From Antedon mediterranea (Eukaryota; Animalia; Echinodermata), in NCBI RefSeq assembly GCF_964355755.1, contig NC_092677.1:28011175-28075174 (forward strand): DNA of 64,000 bases. The letters run 5' to 3'. Of this stretch, positions 37,601 through 51,258 are shown piece by piece. The notes beneath the pieces were generated by a model. It ran no database searches, had not been told where the DNA came from, and worked only from the letters and a program-made list of their open reading frames with translations. Within the stretch, counting starts at the first letter, position 1. Each line of letters starts with the position of its first letter. The translations under genes were made by a program, and so were the position numbers.

Positions 37601-40600
37601 CCTTGAAATACTTATAAATGAATTATTATAATACCACAAAATAATACCTGTATAACATTTCAATGACTAAATAATAATGCTGTTTGTATTTTATTCATAA
37701 AAACATGGTGTTTTACGAGTAAGGTATTTCACCACTTGAATGAGTTTGTGATGGAATTTCAAATATTCAAAGTTTCACAAGAATGCTTAATATAGTGTAC
37801 AGTAGTTTTAAGATATGAAATTTATGCATGGAAATAATTATTAGACAACCTGCATACAGTAGTACCAATTCAATTATTGTCAAGCACTCTGGCTCGAAAA
37901 TCATCTTGCTTGTCACGTAAAACATTAAATTATGATAAAATGGAAAAAAATATTTTAAAACATTATCGGATCCCAGTATAGTCGATAAATGAGTTTAACC
38001 CACCTGTCCTGGTAATTGTAAAGTATGGTTTATGCAACAGTTATTCACATAATACATTCACAGTCACACAATAATTAATAAAAATAATAAATAAAGCTAT
38101 TTAATATAGCATGATGACATCATGACATTACCACATTTTGAGTTTACAAGTTTAGTTTACGGTAGTGTACTGTACAGTATGTCATACAGTATCTAACTAC
38201 TTCAGTGAAGAAACCAATCCTAAAAGTGGCAGTGTATGTACTATTAAAATACCAGACAATAAATGAATAAAAAACTAGACAAAATCGGCAAGATCTGTAG
38301 GAGATCAGAGAGTCCTTGCCGAGGTAGCAGGCATTAGGGAGGAAGTCTACAAACATGAAATGAAGTAGCAGCTATTAACCTTTTAATTCCTGGCATTGTC
38401 TTGGGCTTAATAATCACGCTTTTTAATACCAAGTACCGATATTTATTCCAGTTTGAGTATTAAGTTCACATCTCATAGGAACTGAACATTCAACCTGGTT
38501 ACCAAAAGACATTAATGTTTTACAGACATCATTTGGTCACTCTTAAATTAGGATAAATGTTGCCAAAGGGGGGTTTAGGGGTTTAGATTTTGTCTCAGTA
38601 CTTTTAAACTTTATTACACGCCTAAAAACTCATTTGCTTGCAGTTTTTATACCTTAAAAGCAAGGTAAGGTTGATCTTTAACAGAAATGTACTTAAACCA
38701 CACAAGTTATACTGTAAGGAAGGGTTAACTCTGTATAAATTATTAATGAATGTACTGTATTGCAATCTGCTGTATAATCTTCCATGTACTGTACAACATT
38801 TATGACACTTGATGTGTTTATTAACCAATCAAATTGCAAGAACACAATCAGGTGTGTTATAAAATCAAATGATAATATCCTATACTTTATATACAGTACT
38901 CTAGTCTTTAGTGCGTTGCTGTGCGTTATATTGACAGACACAGATCTTTACAGTAGAAAATATAAAGTTTAAAAAAACCATTATTATTTCCTTTCCCATG
39001 AGTTTTGATAACTTTTTTTTTTGGTTGGAGTGCATTAACTTTGTTGTGTACTTTGAAATTGAGAGTTAAATTGTTGGAAAACAATATTTCCTGAAAGATG
39101 TTATTCTTGCTAGTTTTGTGTTTTGGTAAAAAAGTGTCAAAAAGCTTTTGTAAGTAATCAAAAACATGACTCCATCCGTCATACACTTTTATAGAATTGG
39201 ATGACTGGTTTCAAAAGCTAATTGAAAAAACTACAGTAACTATTAGTACGTATTGTTTTAGCTACAGGTAATATATTGAACTGTGAATTTGCAGTTCTTT
39301 TAAAAAAGAAAATTAGCGAAACTAAACTGCTTTACAGTTCTGATGTCCTGCTCAGACAGCGTCTTCAAGTTAGCTTTGTTTTTTTAGAAAAGAAGAAAAA
39401 TCATGAATATTCAAAACCGAATGAACATTTTTAATCACATTGAATTGTATTGACATTTTTACAACAAAATCCGTTTAACTTTTTCTTTCAAATGGTTTAA
39501 AGTAGGCCCTGAGAGTATTCATACAATTGTGAAATTTATAGAAATGCATGACTGAAGAAGAAACATTTGTGACATTTTTTTTCCTAATAACAATGGCTGT
39601 ATTGCTGTGACATTATTGAAGAGGCGGGCTAGCAATTGACCTTAATAGGACAAAGCGTTGAGATGAAAGAGTCTATTCAGTTACTATTAATAGGATAATT
39701 ATTAACTAACAAAGTATCTAAACATCCTATTGTATACAGTTGAAATGTGTTAAAAGAGTTTAAACACAAAACACTATTGTAACTCATCTGCAACAAGTCT
39801 AACTAGTTTGTGTCAAATTTGTGGAATATAATGATTTTTTTAATCAATTTCGAGTTCTCCTCCTTATTTTGTTCTCCTCTAATGACAAATCAAATTGTGA
39901 CTCCATAAACAACTGCATACTGCAACATCTTTTTGACAGACCAGGGAATAGTAAAATTACTAATTTCACTATTCAGACTAACAGCAATATTCTTTGACAT
40001 TACTGTACCAGTAAACACATGTCCCATACTGTGGACAAATAAAAAACATTTACCTATATAATGGATATTATAATTTGATACTCCTAATAAGCATTATTGT
40101 ATGTAATTCAGTAGATATTGGCTGCAATAGCTTTTTTATTTGGTTTTATACATTTTCCAATCATACACTTATACAGTACAGCATATAAACATATTAAATC
40201 TGTAAATGTATGCTTTCGTAATGTTCAAGCTTTGCTGTCAAGACCCTTGCAATATTATATTTGGATTTCAAAGTATGCCTCCTCCATGACATATCTTGTT
40301 ATTTCTTCCACTGATACCAGTCAATCATATTACACAACCAATTAAATATTTCTGTCCCATCTGCTTCGTTTGGTTGTAGAGTCATCACTGATCTGTCTAA
40401 ATGCTTTGCTTGACTTAAGAACAGGACAACTCGGCTTTCTTTCTGAAGCCTCAATCAAAACTTATAAAACACTTCAATAGAAATGAAGCATGATAATCTA
40501 TGGCACGCACACAATAGCTAGATACCAATGATATTATCTTAATTTGGTTTCACTCTATTAATTATAAAAGAAATTCAACCAGAAATACCGGAATTCAAGG

Positions 40601-42057
40601 ATAATAAATATAAAAGTAAACATTTTGTGGCATTAAAATAAGTAGTACACAATACCAAGGCTGGATTTGTTGTGGTTTTTTTGTGTTGTCATAATACTGT
40701 ATACTGTACATATTATGGACATATTTTACATATTAGTATTACCATTATCTTTTGTGGAATTAACTATATTCTTTGGTATAATGTACAAAGTATTTGTATT
40801 TGTATTGTTGTTTATTGTTATTTTCATTGATATAAAAATGAATATTTGTGCGTTTTATTTAGGAAGAAATAATACTGTTCATGATTTATAAACTAGTCTA
40901 TCTGTAAATTAACATACATAATATCTGCTAGTACAACAACTTACTAGTGATGATACAATCACAGCTATATAATACTGTGCTTGGATTTAATATGATAATT
41001 GTACAAATGCAGATTAGTTTTAGCATAAGATATCTGTATGGTTTGAGGCAACATGACCTTGACACAAACAGCTCTCTAAATTTCTTTGCTGTGAATTGTT
41101 TTCTTGTTAAACATGAAGAGTTTCATTAAATATTCTTCAGAATAGGTTAAAAAGTATTCTAGTTTTAGCCATCAAGATCTTTTAAATCCTTTTTTTTCTA
41201 AATTAATAGACTTCAACAGCTTTTCAGCTTTCAATCACAAAAAAGCAATAACCAGTACTTTATCAGTATGTGATATTGTACATGTAATGTAAAATATTAT
41301 TAATGACTTTTTAATATAATGATTTAGAAATGATGATACAATTGACATTAAACTACAGTAATCTGCTAAAATTATGGAGTAAGAGGATTTTTAAAGTGTT
41401 AGGGCAGTTGTACCTTGCCAATGGCTGATCCAGTATTTTGAAATAGAGGAAGCCCAGGGCCCAGACCCATCCTTCTATGGCCTATACACGCTTCTAAAAA
41501 ATATACTTTATTTTTACTTTCTGAATACATTTACTAGGCTTACGTTTGGCTTACCGAAGAAAGACACTAAATACAGTATAGCAACATGTTAATAATTGAA
41601 AACAATTCGCTGGACCAGCAGATGGTAATCATACTTTGACAAGGATTAAGGTTGTCATGTATTATTACCTTCTGAGGAAATCATTGCAGATCCTGTCATT
41701 GTAAAATGTAGCACAACATTGAGGAAATCAGATGGATAACATTAATGTTGTTGACTATCTATTGTAATTAACATGTCAATTGTGGTTTATAATTTCTATA
41801 AAGAAATATTGTTTAATAAAAACATTATAAGATGTACCAAAGAATTTTCCAATAAAGGTAAAAAGGAATAAACAAAATCTCTGGACTAATGTTTGTAAAA
41901 ACATTTAAACATCTACAGTAGCAGCTTGGTTCCTGTTTCTTGTTGTGTGTGATGTGATGTGAATCAGGTGAAAATTAAATAACATGGTAATATTTGTCAG
42001 CTCGAATGGTCTATCCAGTCACGGTCCTACTGCAAATAAAGTTGCAAAGACTAGACA

Positions 42058-42190
42058 CTCCTGAGTGAAGACGATCAAAGTATATTTATCGAAACGTTGA
42101 GAAACTCAACAGAACTAAATATATGTGGTGTACCACAAACTGTATATTATCAACATACTGATTTCGCCGCACATTCTGCAAACCTTCAAA
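42058..42190 (+). mobile_element. Penelope-like terminal repeat remnant with degenerate minimal hammerhead ribozyme
   Basis: CTC-CTGAGTGA-AGAC-GAT..ATC-GAAAC-GTT-GAG: stem I CTC/GAG, stem II, palindromic AACGTT stem III. The core has one extra base relative to CUGANGA. Confidence 0.45.
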
Positions 42191-43808
42191 TTTTCAGGCA
42201 ATAAAGACTGGACAGTCAGTCACAATTTAGAAATGTACTTAGAAGACCCTGCTTTAGACAACTCGCACTTTATAACTGCACAATGATAGGCCTAGTGGTT
42301 TCACACTTTATAATTGCACAATGATAGGCCTAGTGGTTTCCCGAATTGAAGGCGTGGTTCACAGATGTTTTATCTATTTTTATCAAGCTTTACAGACTGC
42401 TTCTTACATCATGCCAGTATAAACATTACAGTACAGTAGCTAAACAACCCTATTGCACTTCTGCAAGATACTGTACATCCATGGTCATTGAGACAATAGA
42501 ACTAATCTATCATTAAATCAATTGTCAACATAACCTTGAAAGCTACTCAAACATTTAATACATATAATTACTTTTAAATTATCATCATAAAATAGTGATG
42601 TCATCATAATATAGCGATATCAATCTAAATTTGCATACTGATAGTTGATATAGTGATATACTGATAGTGAAGTATATAAAATAAATTATTATTTGATGAT
42701 AATAAAGTATTTCAAATTGAAATACAGGGAAACAGTATGTGAAAGAAAGATGTTTTGGAGTAGAGTGCTGTACCAACGGTAAAATCAGCTCAGAATTGCA
42801 AACCGGAAAAAGATCTTATAACACAGCTTCTTCTCAAGATGGGTAATTTACAGTATCATATCACATTAATTGCTTTAACAGGCGTGAATGAGTCAGTTTA
42901 CAAAAATAGATTTGACATTTAAATGATAGACAACACATTGTATCTAATGTGTACATCTCATGGAGATCAGCCAGTATCACTGTCTACCAGTACTACCATG
43001 TGATTATTGTATAAAATAATACTAAATTATCTATCAACTGAATAAAAGAATCCAACCCACACTCAAACCAAAACATAGATGAAGTGGCATACACTGTAGA
43101 ATGAATTTCAACATTTGAATATTCCAGGTTCAAATCTACAGTAGAATGGGACGACTTTTTCTCATTCTCACAGATTTCCTCATCTTATCGTTTTAAAAGA
43201 ATTTTATATCTCATCATCATTCAAGTACTGTGCTAAGGAAATATGCAAATTAAATATAACTGTCAAAATGATACTGTATATTTAATTTGTCATTTTACTT
43301 TCAGTACTTTTACTTACAGTAGAGCAGAAGATGCTTAAAAACATCACAAACAACAATTATTACTTGATTCGGTCAACAACCAAAACATTTAAACAATTTA
43401 ATAAATAATGTACATTTAAACTGAACACAGTTGAATAAATTAAATTATTACACGATACCCAATAATTCATGAAAATTATCATAATCCAATTTCATGAAGC
43501 AATCGGCATCATAGACCGTACGTCGACCTCATTGTATTCTCATAGATCAAGAAGCATAGATAATTAGTCTAAATAATTATCAATATGCACTTCAATTGAA
43601 CTGTTTAAATTCAATAATTGTAATGCGCATGGTTTGTTGTAATGCTTACGATACATATTGATCGCCAAGCAGCACAAACCAACTTTCTATCTACTTATGC
43701 ATAGAATTTGTGTCGTCGTGTGTTTAATGTATGAAACTGAACATTATTGTACAATACCATTGACGTACAGAGAAGCTCCTGTGTTCTATGGTTTCCTAGA
43801 TCATAGAT

Positions 43809-44025
43809 GATACTGTGTGTAAGACCATGTATGTTTAATATATGAACTGAACATTACTGTACAATACCATATACTGTACTATGGCATGTACAGTGGAATC
43901 ACTTGTGATACTGTGTGTAAGACCATGTGTGTTTAATATATGAACTGAACATTACTGTACAATACCATATACTGTACTATGGCATGTACAGTGGAATCAC
44001 TTGTGATACTGTGTTTAAGACCATA
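43809..44025. repeat. 98-bp tandem duplication (about 2.2 copies)
   Basis: TACTGTGTGTAAGACCAT at 43811 and 43909, and a variant at 44007. Confidence 0.9.
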
Positions 44026-44123
44026 CAGTACTGTAGAACTTGTGTTTGTGTGTGTTTTACTTTAATGTATGGAAAGTACAATACCATTTTCTATGGCGTA
44101 CAGTGGAAGCTGTGTTCTATGGT

Positions 44124-46743
44124 TTTATGATTCTCATACTAGTGCCACTCCCAAAAGCATCATACTGTATTGTGTGTTGTAGGACATTTACAGTACTCTT
44201 TTTCATGATTCTCATACTAGTGTCACTCCCAACAGCATCATACTGTATTGTGTGTTGTAGGACATTTACAGTACTCTTTTTCATGATTATCATACTAGTG
44301 TCACTCCCAACAGCATCATACTGTATTGTGTGTTGTAGGACATTTACAGTACTCTTTTTCATGATTATCATACTAGTGTCACTCCCAAAAGCATCATACT
44401 GTATTGTGTGTTGTAGGACATTTACAGTACTCTTTTTCATGATTATCATACTAGTGTCACTCCCAAAAGCATCATACTGTATTGTGTGTTGTAGGACATT
44501 TACAGTACTCTTTTTTATGATTCTCATACTAGTGCCACTCCCAAAAGCATCATACTGTATTGTGTGTTGTAGGACATTTACAGTACTCTTTTTTATGATT
44601 CTCATACTAGTGCCACTCCCAAAAGCATCATACTGTATTGTGTGTTGTAGGACATTTACAGTACTCTTTTTCATGATTATCATACTAGTGTCACTCCCAA
44701 CAGCATCATACTGTATTGTGTGTTGTAGGACATTTACAGTACTCTTTTTCATGATTCTCATACTAGTGCCACTCCCAAAAGCATCATACTATATTGTGTG
44801 TTGTAGGACAATTACAGTACTTTTTTTTATGATTCTCATACTAGTGTCACTCCCAAAAGCATCATACTGTATTGTGTATTGTAGGACATTTACAGTACTC
44901 TTTTTCATGATTCTCATACTAGTGTCACTCCCAAAAGCATCATACTATATTGTGTGTTGTAGGACAATTACAGTACTTTTTTTCATGATTCTCATACTAG
45001 TGTCACTCCCAAAAGCATCATACTGTATTGTGTGTTGTAGGACATTTACAGTACTCTTTTTCATGATTATCATACTAGTGTCACTCCCAACAGCATCATA
45101 CTGTATTGTGTGTTGTAGGACATTTACAGTACTCTTTTTTATGATTCTCATACTAGTGCCACTCCCAACAGCATCATACTGTATTGTGTGTTGTAGGACA
45201 TTTACAGTACTCTTTTTTATGATTCTCATACTAGTGCCACTCCCAAAAGCATCATACTGTATTGTGTGTTGTAGGACATTTACAGTACTCTTTTTTATGA
45301 TTCTCATACTAGTGCCACTCCCAAAAGCATCATACTATATTGTGTGTTGTAGGACATTTACAGTACTCTTTTTCATGATTCTCATACTAGTGCCACTCCC
45401 AAAAGCATCATACTGTATTGTGTGTTGTAGGACATTTACAGTACTCTTTTTTATGATTCTCATACTAGTGCCACTCCCAACAGCATCATACTGTATTGTG
45501 TGTTGTAGGACATTTACAGTACTCTTTTTTATGATTCTCATACTAGTGCCACTCCCAACAGCATCATACTGTATTGTGTGTTGTAGGACATTTACAGTAC
45601 TCTTTTTTATGATTCTCATACTAGTGCCACTCCCAACAGCATCATACTGTATTGTGTGTTGTAGGACATTTACAGTACTCTTTTTTATGATTCTCATACT
45701 AGTGCCACTCCCAACAGCATCATACTGTATTGTGTGTTGTAGGACATTTACAGTACTCTTTTTTATGATTCTCATACTAGTGCCACTCCCAAAAGCATCA
45801 TACTGTATTGTGTGTTGTAGGACATTTACAGTACTCTTTTTTATGATTCTCATACTAGTGCCACTCCCAAAAGCATCATACTGTATTGTGTGTTGTAGGA
45901 CATTTACAGTACTCTTTTTCATGATTCTCATACTAGTGCCACTCCCAACAGCATCATACTGTATTGTGTGTTGTAGGACATTTACAGTACTCTTTTTTAT
46001 GATTCTCATACTAGTGTCACTCCCAACAGCATCATACTGTATTGTGTGTTGTAGGACATTTACAGTACTCTTTTTCATGATTCTCATACTAGTGCCACTC
46101 CCAACAGCATCATACTGTATTGTGTGTTGTAGGACATTTACAGTACTCTTTTTTATGATTCTCATACTAGTGCCACTCCCAACAGCATCATACTGTATTG
46201 TGTGTTGTAGGACATTTACAGTACTCTTTTTTATGATTCTCATACTAGTGCCACTCCCAACAGCATCATACTGTATTGTGTGTTGTAGGACATTTACAGT
46301 ACTCTTTTTTATGATTCTCATACTAGTGCCACTCCCAACAGCATCATACTGTATTGTGTGTTGTAGGACATTTACAGTACTCTTTTTTATTATTCTCATA
46401 CTAGTGCCACTCCCAACAGCATCATACTGTATTGTGTGTTGTAGGACATTTACAGTACTCTTTTTTATGATTCTCATACTAGTGCCACTCCCAACAGCAT
46501 CATACTGTATTGTGTGTTGTAGGACATTTACAGTACTCTTTTTTATGATTCTCATACTAGTGCCACTCCCAACAGCATCATACTGTATTGTGTGTTGTAG
46601 GACATTTACAGTACTCTTTTTTATGATTCTCATACTAGTGCCACTCCCAACAGCATCATACTGTATTGTGTGTTGTAGGACATTTACAGTACTCTTTTTT
46701 ATGATTCTCATACTAGTGCCACTCCCAACAGCATCATACTGTA
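44124..46743. repeat. 69-bp minisatellite, about 38 copies, in MTSS intron 3
   Basis: Unit ATGATTCTCATACTAGTGCCACTCCCAACAGCATCATACTGTATTGTGTGTTGTAGGACATTTACAGTACTCTTTTTT-like with a few recurrent SNPs. Produces the periodic ORFs on both strands. Confidence 0.95.
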
Positions 46744-48198
46744 CATACAGTAAAATGTGTACAGTAATAATGCCCTGTACTGAGATAATCAAAGGATTTA
46801 TCAGATTAGTTGCTCTATCTACTTCTACAATAATATAACTACATAACAGGTTATTTTTACTAAAAATGAGAAAAAAAAATGTTTAGATTCCATATGCTGT
46901 GTAGACAATATGTTGGAACATTATTCATAACATTAATGTGAACTGCACTTTTCCGTTCCAGAATGTTGGGTTTTATAGTTCACGGATTCCTTTAATATTA
47001 TTAATACTGTCTGTATTTTGAAAAAATAAAAAAAAATAAAGAAAAGTAGAAATATATTTCAAGTGATTTCTCTAGACATGCCAATTCATGCAAAAATAAA
47101 ACTGCATTGTATATGAAAATGCCGCAACACCTTTAATATCGTCAATTTATTCAGAGAGTTCGATAAAGATCAATAACTCCTTTAACACTTGATCAAATTC
47201 ATTGAAATAATTCATCAGCTTGTTAAAATTTGAAAATTTAAAATGAGAACATAAACTACATTTGCAGAGAATGTTAATAAATTATGCAGAAAGGGGAAAC
47301 ATACATTCCAATTGGGAACATGGCCGAGACAGTTCATTTGTATCACATTCTGAGGTTGAGAAGACAAAGCATTAAGGGAGTGTCACAGATAGGTAGAATA
47401 TTTGAGGAAATTCTCATCAAATGACACAGGGATTTTCCCAAAGGGTGATAAACATGACCTAAGGGAATTTCCTAGGAAAATAAACAAGACCTGGGATTTT
47501 CCCATAGGGTGATAAACAAGACCCAGGGAGTTTCCTAGAGGGTAGAGTAATCGGAAACTTGAGATTAAAAATTTTCTTTAAAAGGTAATTACAAGAACTT
47601 CTGACCCACGAGTGTTCATTACATGGTATGTACATACGTCACGTCCCTAGGAATTGATATACTGGCGGTAGACTATTCATGATATTACAAGGTCAGAAGC
47701 CCCAAAGTGACTTTGTCAATCTGTGCAGAACTAATGTTATATGTTTGGGTTAGATTTAGTTAGAATCTAAACCTCAATGTCCATATAAAAATGAAATTAT
47801 CAAAAGTATACAATATAATATATTATATTATCTAATTCACTAGGTTTTGCCAATTTTCTGCTAAGATATTGTCAAGAGATTGATCAATACACTTTTATTG
47901 GACAGCTCATTGGACAGCACACAATATCATTATTTCAATGAGAAACAAATTTACTAAACTCCTCCTACATTTTGCAGTTTGGTAGTCATTTCCTGACCTA
48001 CAAACTTGTCTTTTTGTCAGCATATTGGGATGTTATTGTTTTGAATACAACAGGGTTTGTTTTTGTAAGACTGGAACAGCCAGCACCAAACTGTGTGTTG
48101 AACTATTCAACTTAGTTTGTCAATTTTAAGTATCTGTACAGTCTTTCTTCCAGAAAACTTAGCAATAAAATTGATCAAATTTAATACCACCATGGAAC

Positions 48199-48337
48199 CA
48201 GTGGCGTAGTGGCTAAACCCACGTGACCCAGAGCATGAGAAGCTTACTGTACAGTAATGCAGCTACTGTATCCAGCGATTGAGGGATTTTTTAGGTTGCT
48301 ATAACCAGGGGCATTTTCCCCTTGTGTTACACCACTG
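48199..48337. mobile_element. hAT-type MITE
   Basis: TIR CAGTGGCGTA ... TACACCACTG with 8-bp TSD CATGGAAC / CATGGACC (one mismatch). Confidence 0.75.
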
Positions 48338-51126
48338 CATGGACCAGAATTACTGTAGATGAGTCTACCTACTGTACAGACTACCTACAGCTGTATTGTG
48401 CTGGGCGGTGCAGAAAAAAATGAGAGGGTATTACAGTAAGAGAGCCTCTGGATTCACCCTAGTAACTAACTACTATTACTAAGTACTTTGAATCTTGAAA
48501 TAATAAACTTTATAGTAATTTTATATGTTCAACCTCTGGATAAACTCTGGTACCTAATGCCTCAGGCTACTCTATTATACACCTGAAATGTACAATTGTT
48601 GTACAATACCTATTTTTGGGCAAATAACAATGTCACCAACCTTAAATCGCTATAATGGGTTCTCCTTTGCACTATAATAGTACAGCATATTTACTCTACA
48701 ATTTAAAAGCGTATACTGTACTAATTACAGTACAGTACATCCTCTATGATTGCATTGTAACTTGTAAGGCAATTGTTCTCCTTTTTTTTCAGATCATTGA
48801 TATGTCCACAGAGGAAAGAAATATTTCTTTGCTAGGGTACTGTCTAAACTTTTAAAAATTAAATTGGTTGGAGCAAATGCTTGCAAATGCAATATCTCAT
48901 TTGTCATTGTAGGAACATTATGCTGATGAGTACTATTTCTATACTTACTTTTTTTTAACATCAAATTAAAATATTCTACAAATTAAATATCCTGGTGAAA
49001 TATATAACATGTTTAATGTATTGCAATAACAAACCCTGATCATCAAATATGAATGTGGTGAAATAAATAAAAATAATGTCTTCATTAAAACATACATTTT
49101 AAACTGTAAATTATTACTTGAGTTTATGTTAATAATCTTCTCTATCATCCCTCAGGTGACAAAAGAGCTTTTAGTAGCAGTGTGTACAAGTACTGTAGGT
49201 GGATGAACAAAGAGATTTCATTACTGTATATGGTTTACATTAGAGTCTATAAACAGTACAGAGGTAAAGCTATCTAACATCACAAAGGATAATAAATTAC
49301 ACGCTGCTGCAACATAAATTATGTAAATATTATCGGTTTATTGATATTTAAAAAAATTAAATATTTAAACAAGAAATCTCTAGAAAGAATGTGACTTTTT
49401 TTATTTAGTTAGAATTTTTAATAGTTATTGATTATTTTATTTATCTTTTTACAAATTGTCCTCTTACAGTATTATAATTTCAGTTAATGGATATTCTGTT
49501 CTGCTGATATATATGTGTATAGTACATTTGTTTTAAACTCACACTCTAGGCATTACTACACTAAACACACTTTGATATTAGGTCTACAGTTTACAGTACC
49601 ATTAGGAATTGATCGAGTTTTATGAAACATAAAATTCTAATATTATTTTATTGGTGATAAACATGACAGCTGGCTAAAATGACATAATACTGGAATATCA
49701 AATAAGAAATTTACCTGTCAAAAATATTACTACATTATCATAGCAAAATGCAATAGGTAATTATGTTGAGAAGTATAGCACATTTCAGTGTACAGTGAAG
49801 ACTATTCCAACAAGACCATGGAAAACATTTAGTGATTTCACCACAATCATTGAACATTATAATTATCACAAATGGAACATGGTATCAACTATCAGTATTA
49901 TTAATCAATGATTTGAGTAATTTCTAACTAGGCCTACTGTAGATGTTGAACCAACATTATTATGAGTCTCCTTGAAAAAAAAATTATAATCTATATTTAA
50001 ATCTGTAAATTTATATAAAAATACAATTCAAAACAAAGATTCACTGTACTATTCACATCTCCAGAATATAAAAAATAAAATGGGCAGTCGCATGCATTGT
50101 TGAATTTCAATACATCAAAGTTTAGATTGTTGAATAGATACCAAAGAATTAGACAATACAAACGCTTTAAAAAGTACAATATTGTATCAAAAGAAAGAGA
50201 ACATCACTGGAGTACAACCAGCCTCTCAAAAATATTAAGAAATAATAGTATAACTTTGTTAAAATAAAAAATATGATCTAAACTTGAGTGATTTTGTACA
50301 GTAATGCATTAATCATATTGTTCTAAAAAGAACAAATTCCGACAAACAACAACAGCAGTTTCTCATAATCCTGATAAATGTACTGGAACCGAGCAAGTTT
50401 GGTGGAAACACAGATCAGCAATGAGATTCTGTGCAAAATTTAACATGAATATTTTGAAGCCCGACATGGAAGTCTTAAGACGCTTGACGCCAATTTGATT
50501 TGAAGAGCGTATCCTAAATTTTAGTGACAACTTATACTACTGTATACAGTACAGTTAGTTGAATAATAATTATTATTGAGGATAATATTATTAATAAATT
50601 GTCTTACGAAAATTTCTGTCATAAAAAAACTCAATAACCTACCGTTTTGTAGAATACTTATCCAATTCCATAGGTAGTTAAATTAAATTAATAAACTAAT
50701 AATTATTAAGAAGTTCTTAATCTTTTATATTTTTATTAATGTTATCCAGAATAAAATTTATGGTACAGTAAAATATGAAAAATGTTACTAAAATTATTTA
50801 AAAAATCAAATAGATAACGTTACGAAAATACAATAATTCTGGAGTAATTCCATTATTTATACATGGATAGGCTAAATCAGGATATTATGGCTTATGACAT
50901 CACAAATTATGAATGCTAATCAATAAACATAACTTCCAAAATCCCACCTGGTGTACAGTACTAAAAAAAGACAGAAGAACATCGATTGAAAATATACAAT
51001 ACAACTACTGAAACTAATATTAGTAATGGTTTAAGCAGCTTTGTTCTTATTGTAATAATTAAGAGTATAGTAGAATGGGAAACAGGTTCAAAGTTACCAC
51101 CAAAAGTGACTGCAACTACAACCTTA

Positions 51127-51258
51127 AGCTCTGTCTACACTATCAAACTAGTTTGACAACAAAAGTGTGATGTGTCCATTTTCCACATATTACTGTAATG
51201 GTAGTGATATGACATCATAATATAATTTTTGTCACATAAAGTTTGTCCAGACAGAGCT
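51127..51258. mobile_element. PIF/Harbinger MITE, family B
   Basis: AGCTCTGTCTACACTATCAAAC ... AGACAGAGCT; TTA TSD on both sides. Confidence 0.85.

Noticed and set aside
44040-46838. 932-aa + strand ORF and the antisense ORFs 44117-46792 as real genes
   Set aside because: They coincide with a minisatellite whose period is a multiple of 3 and lacks stops. There is no unique domain, and it lies in an MTSS intron.
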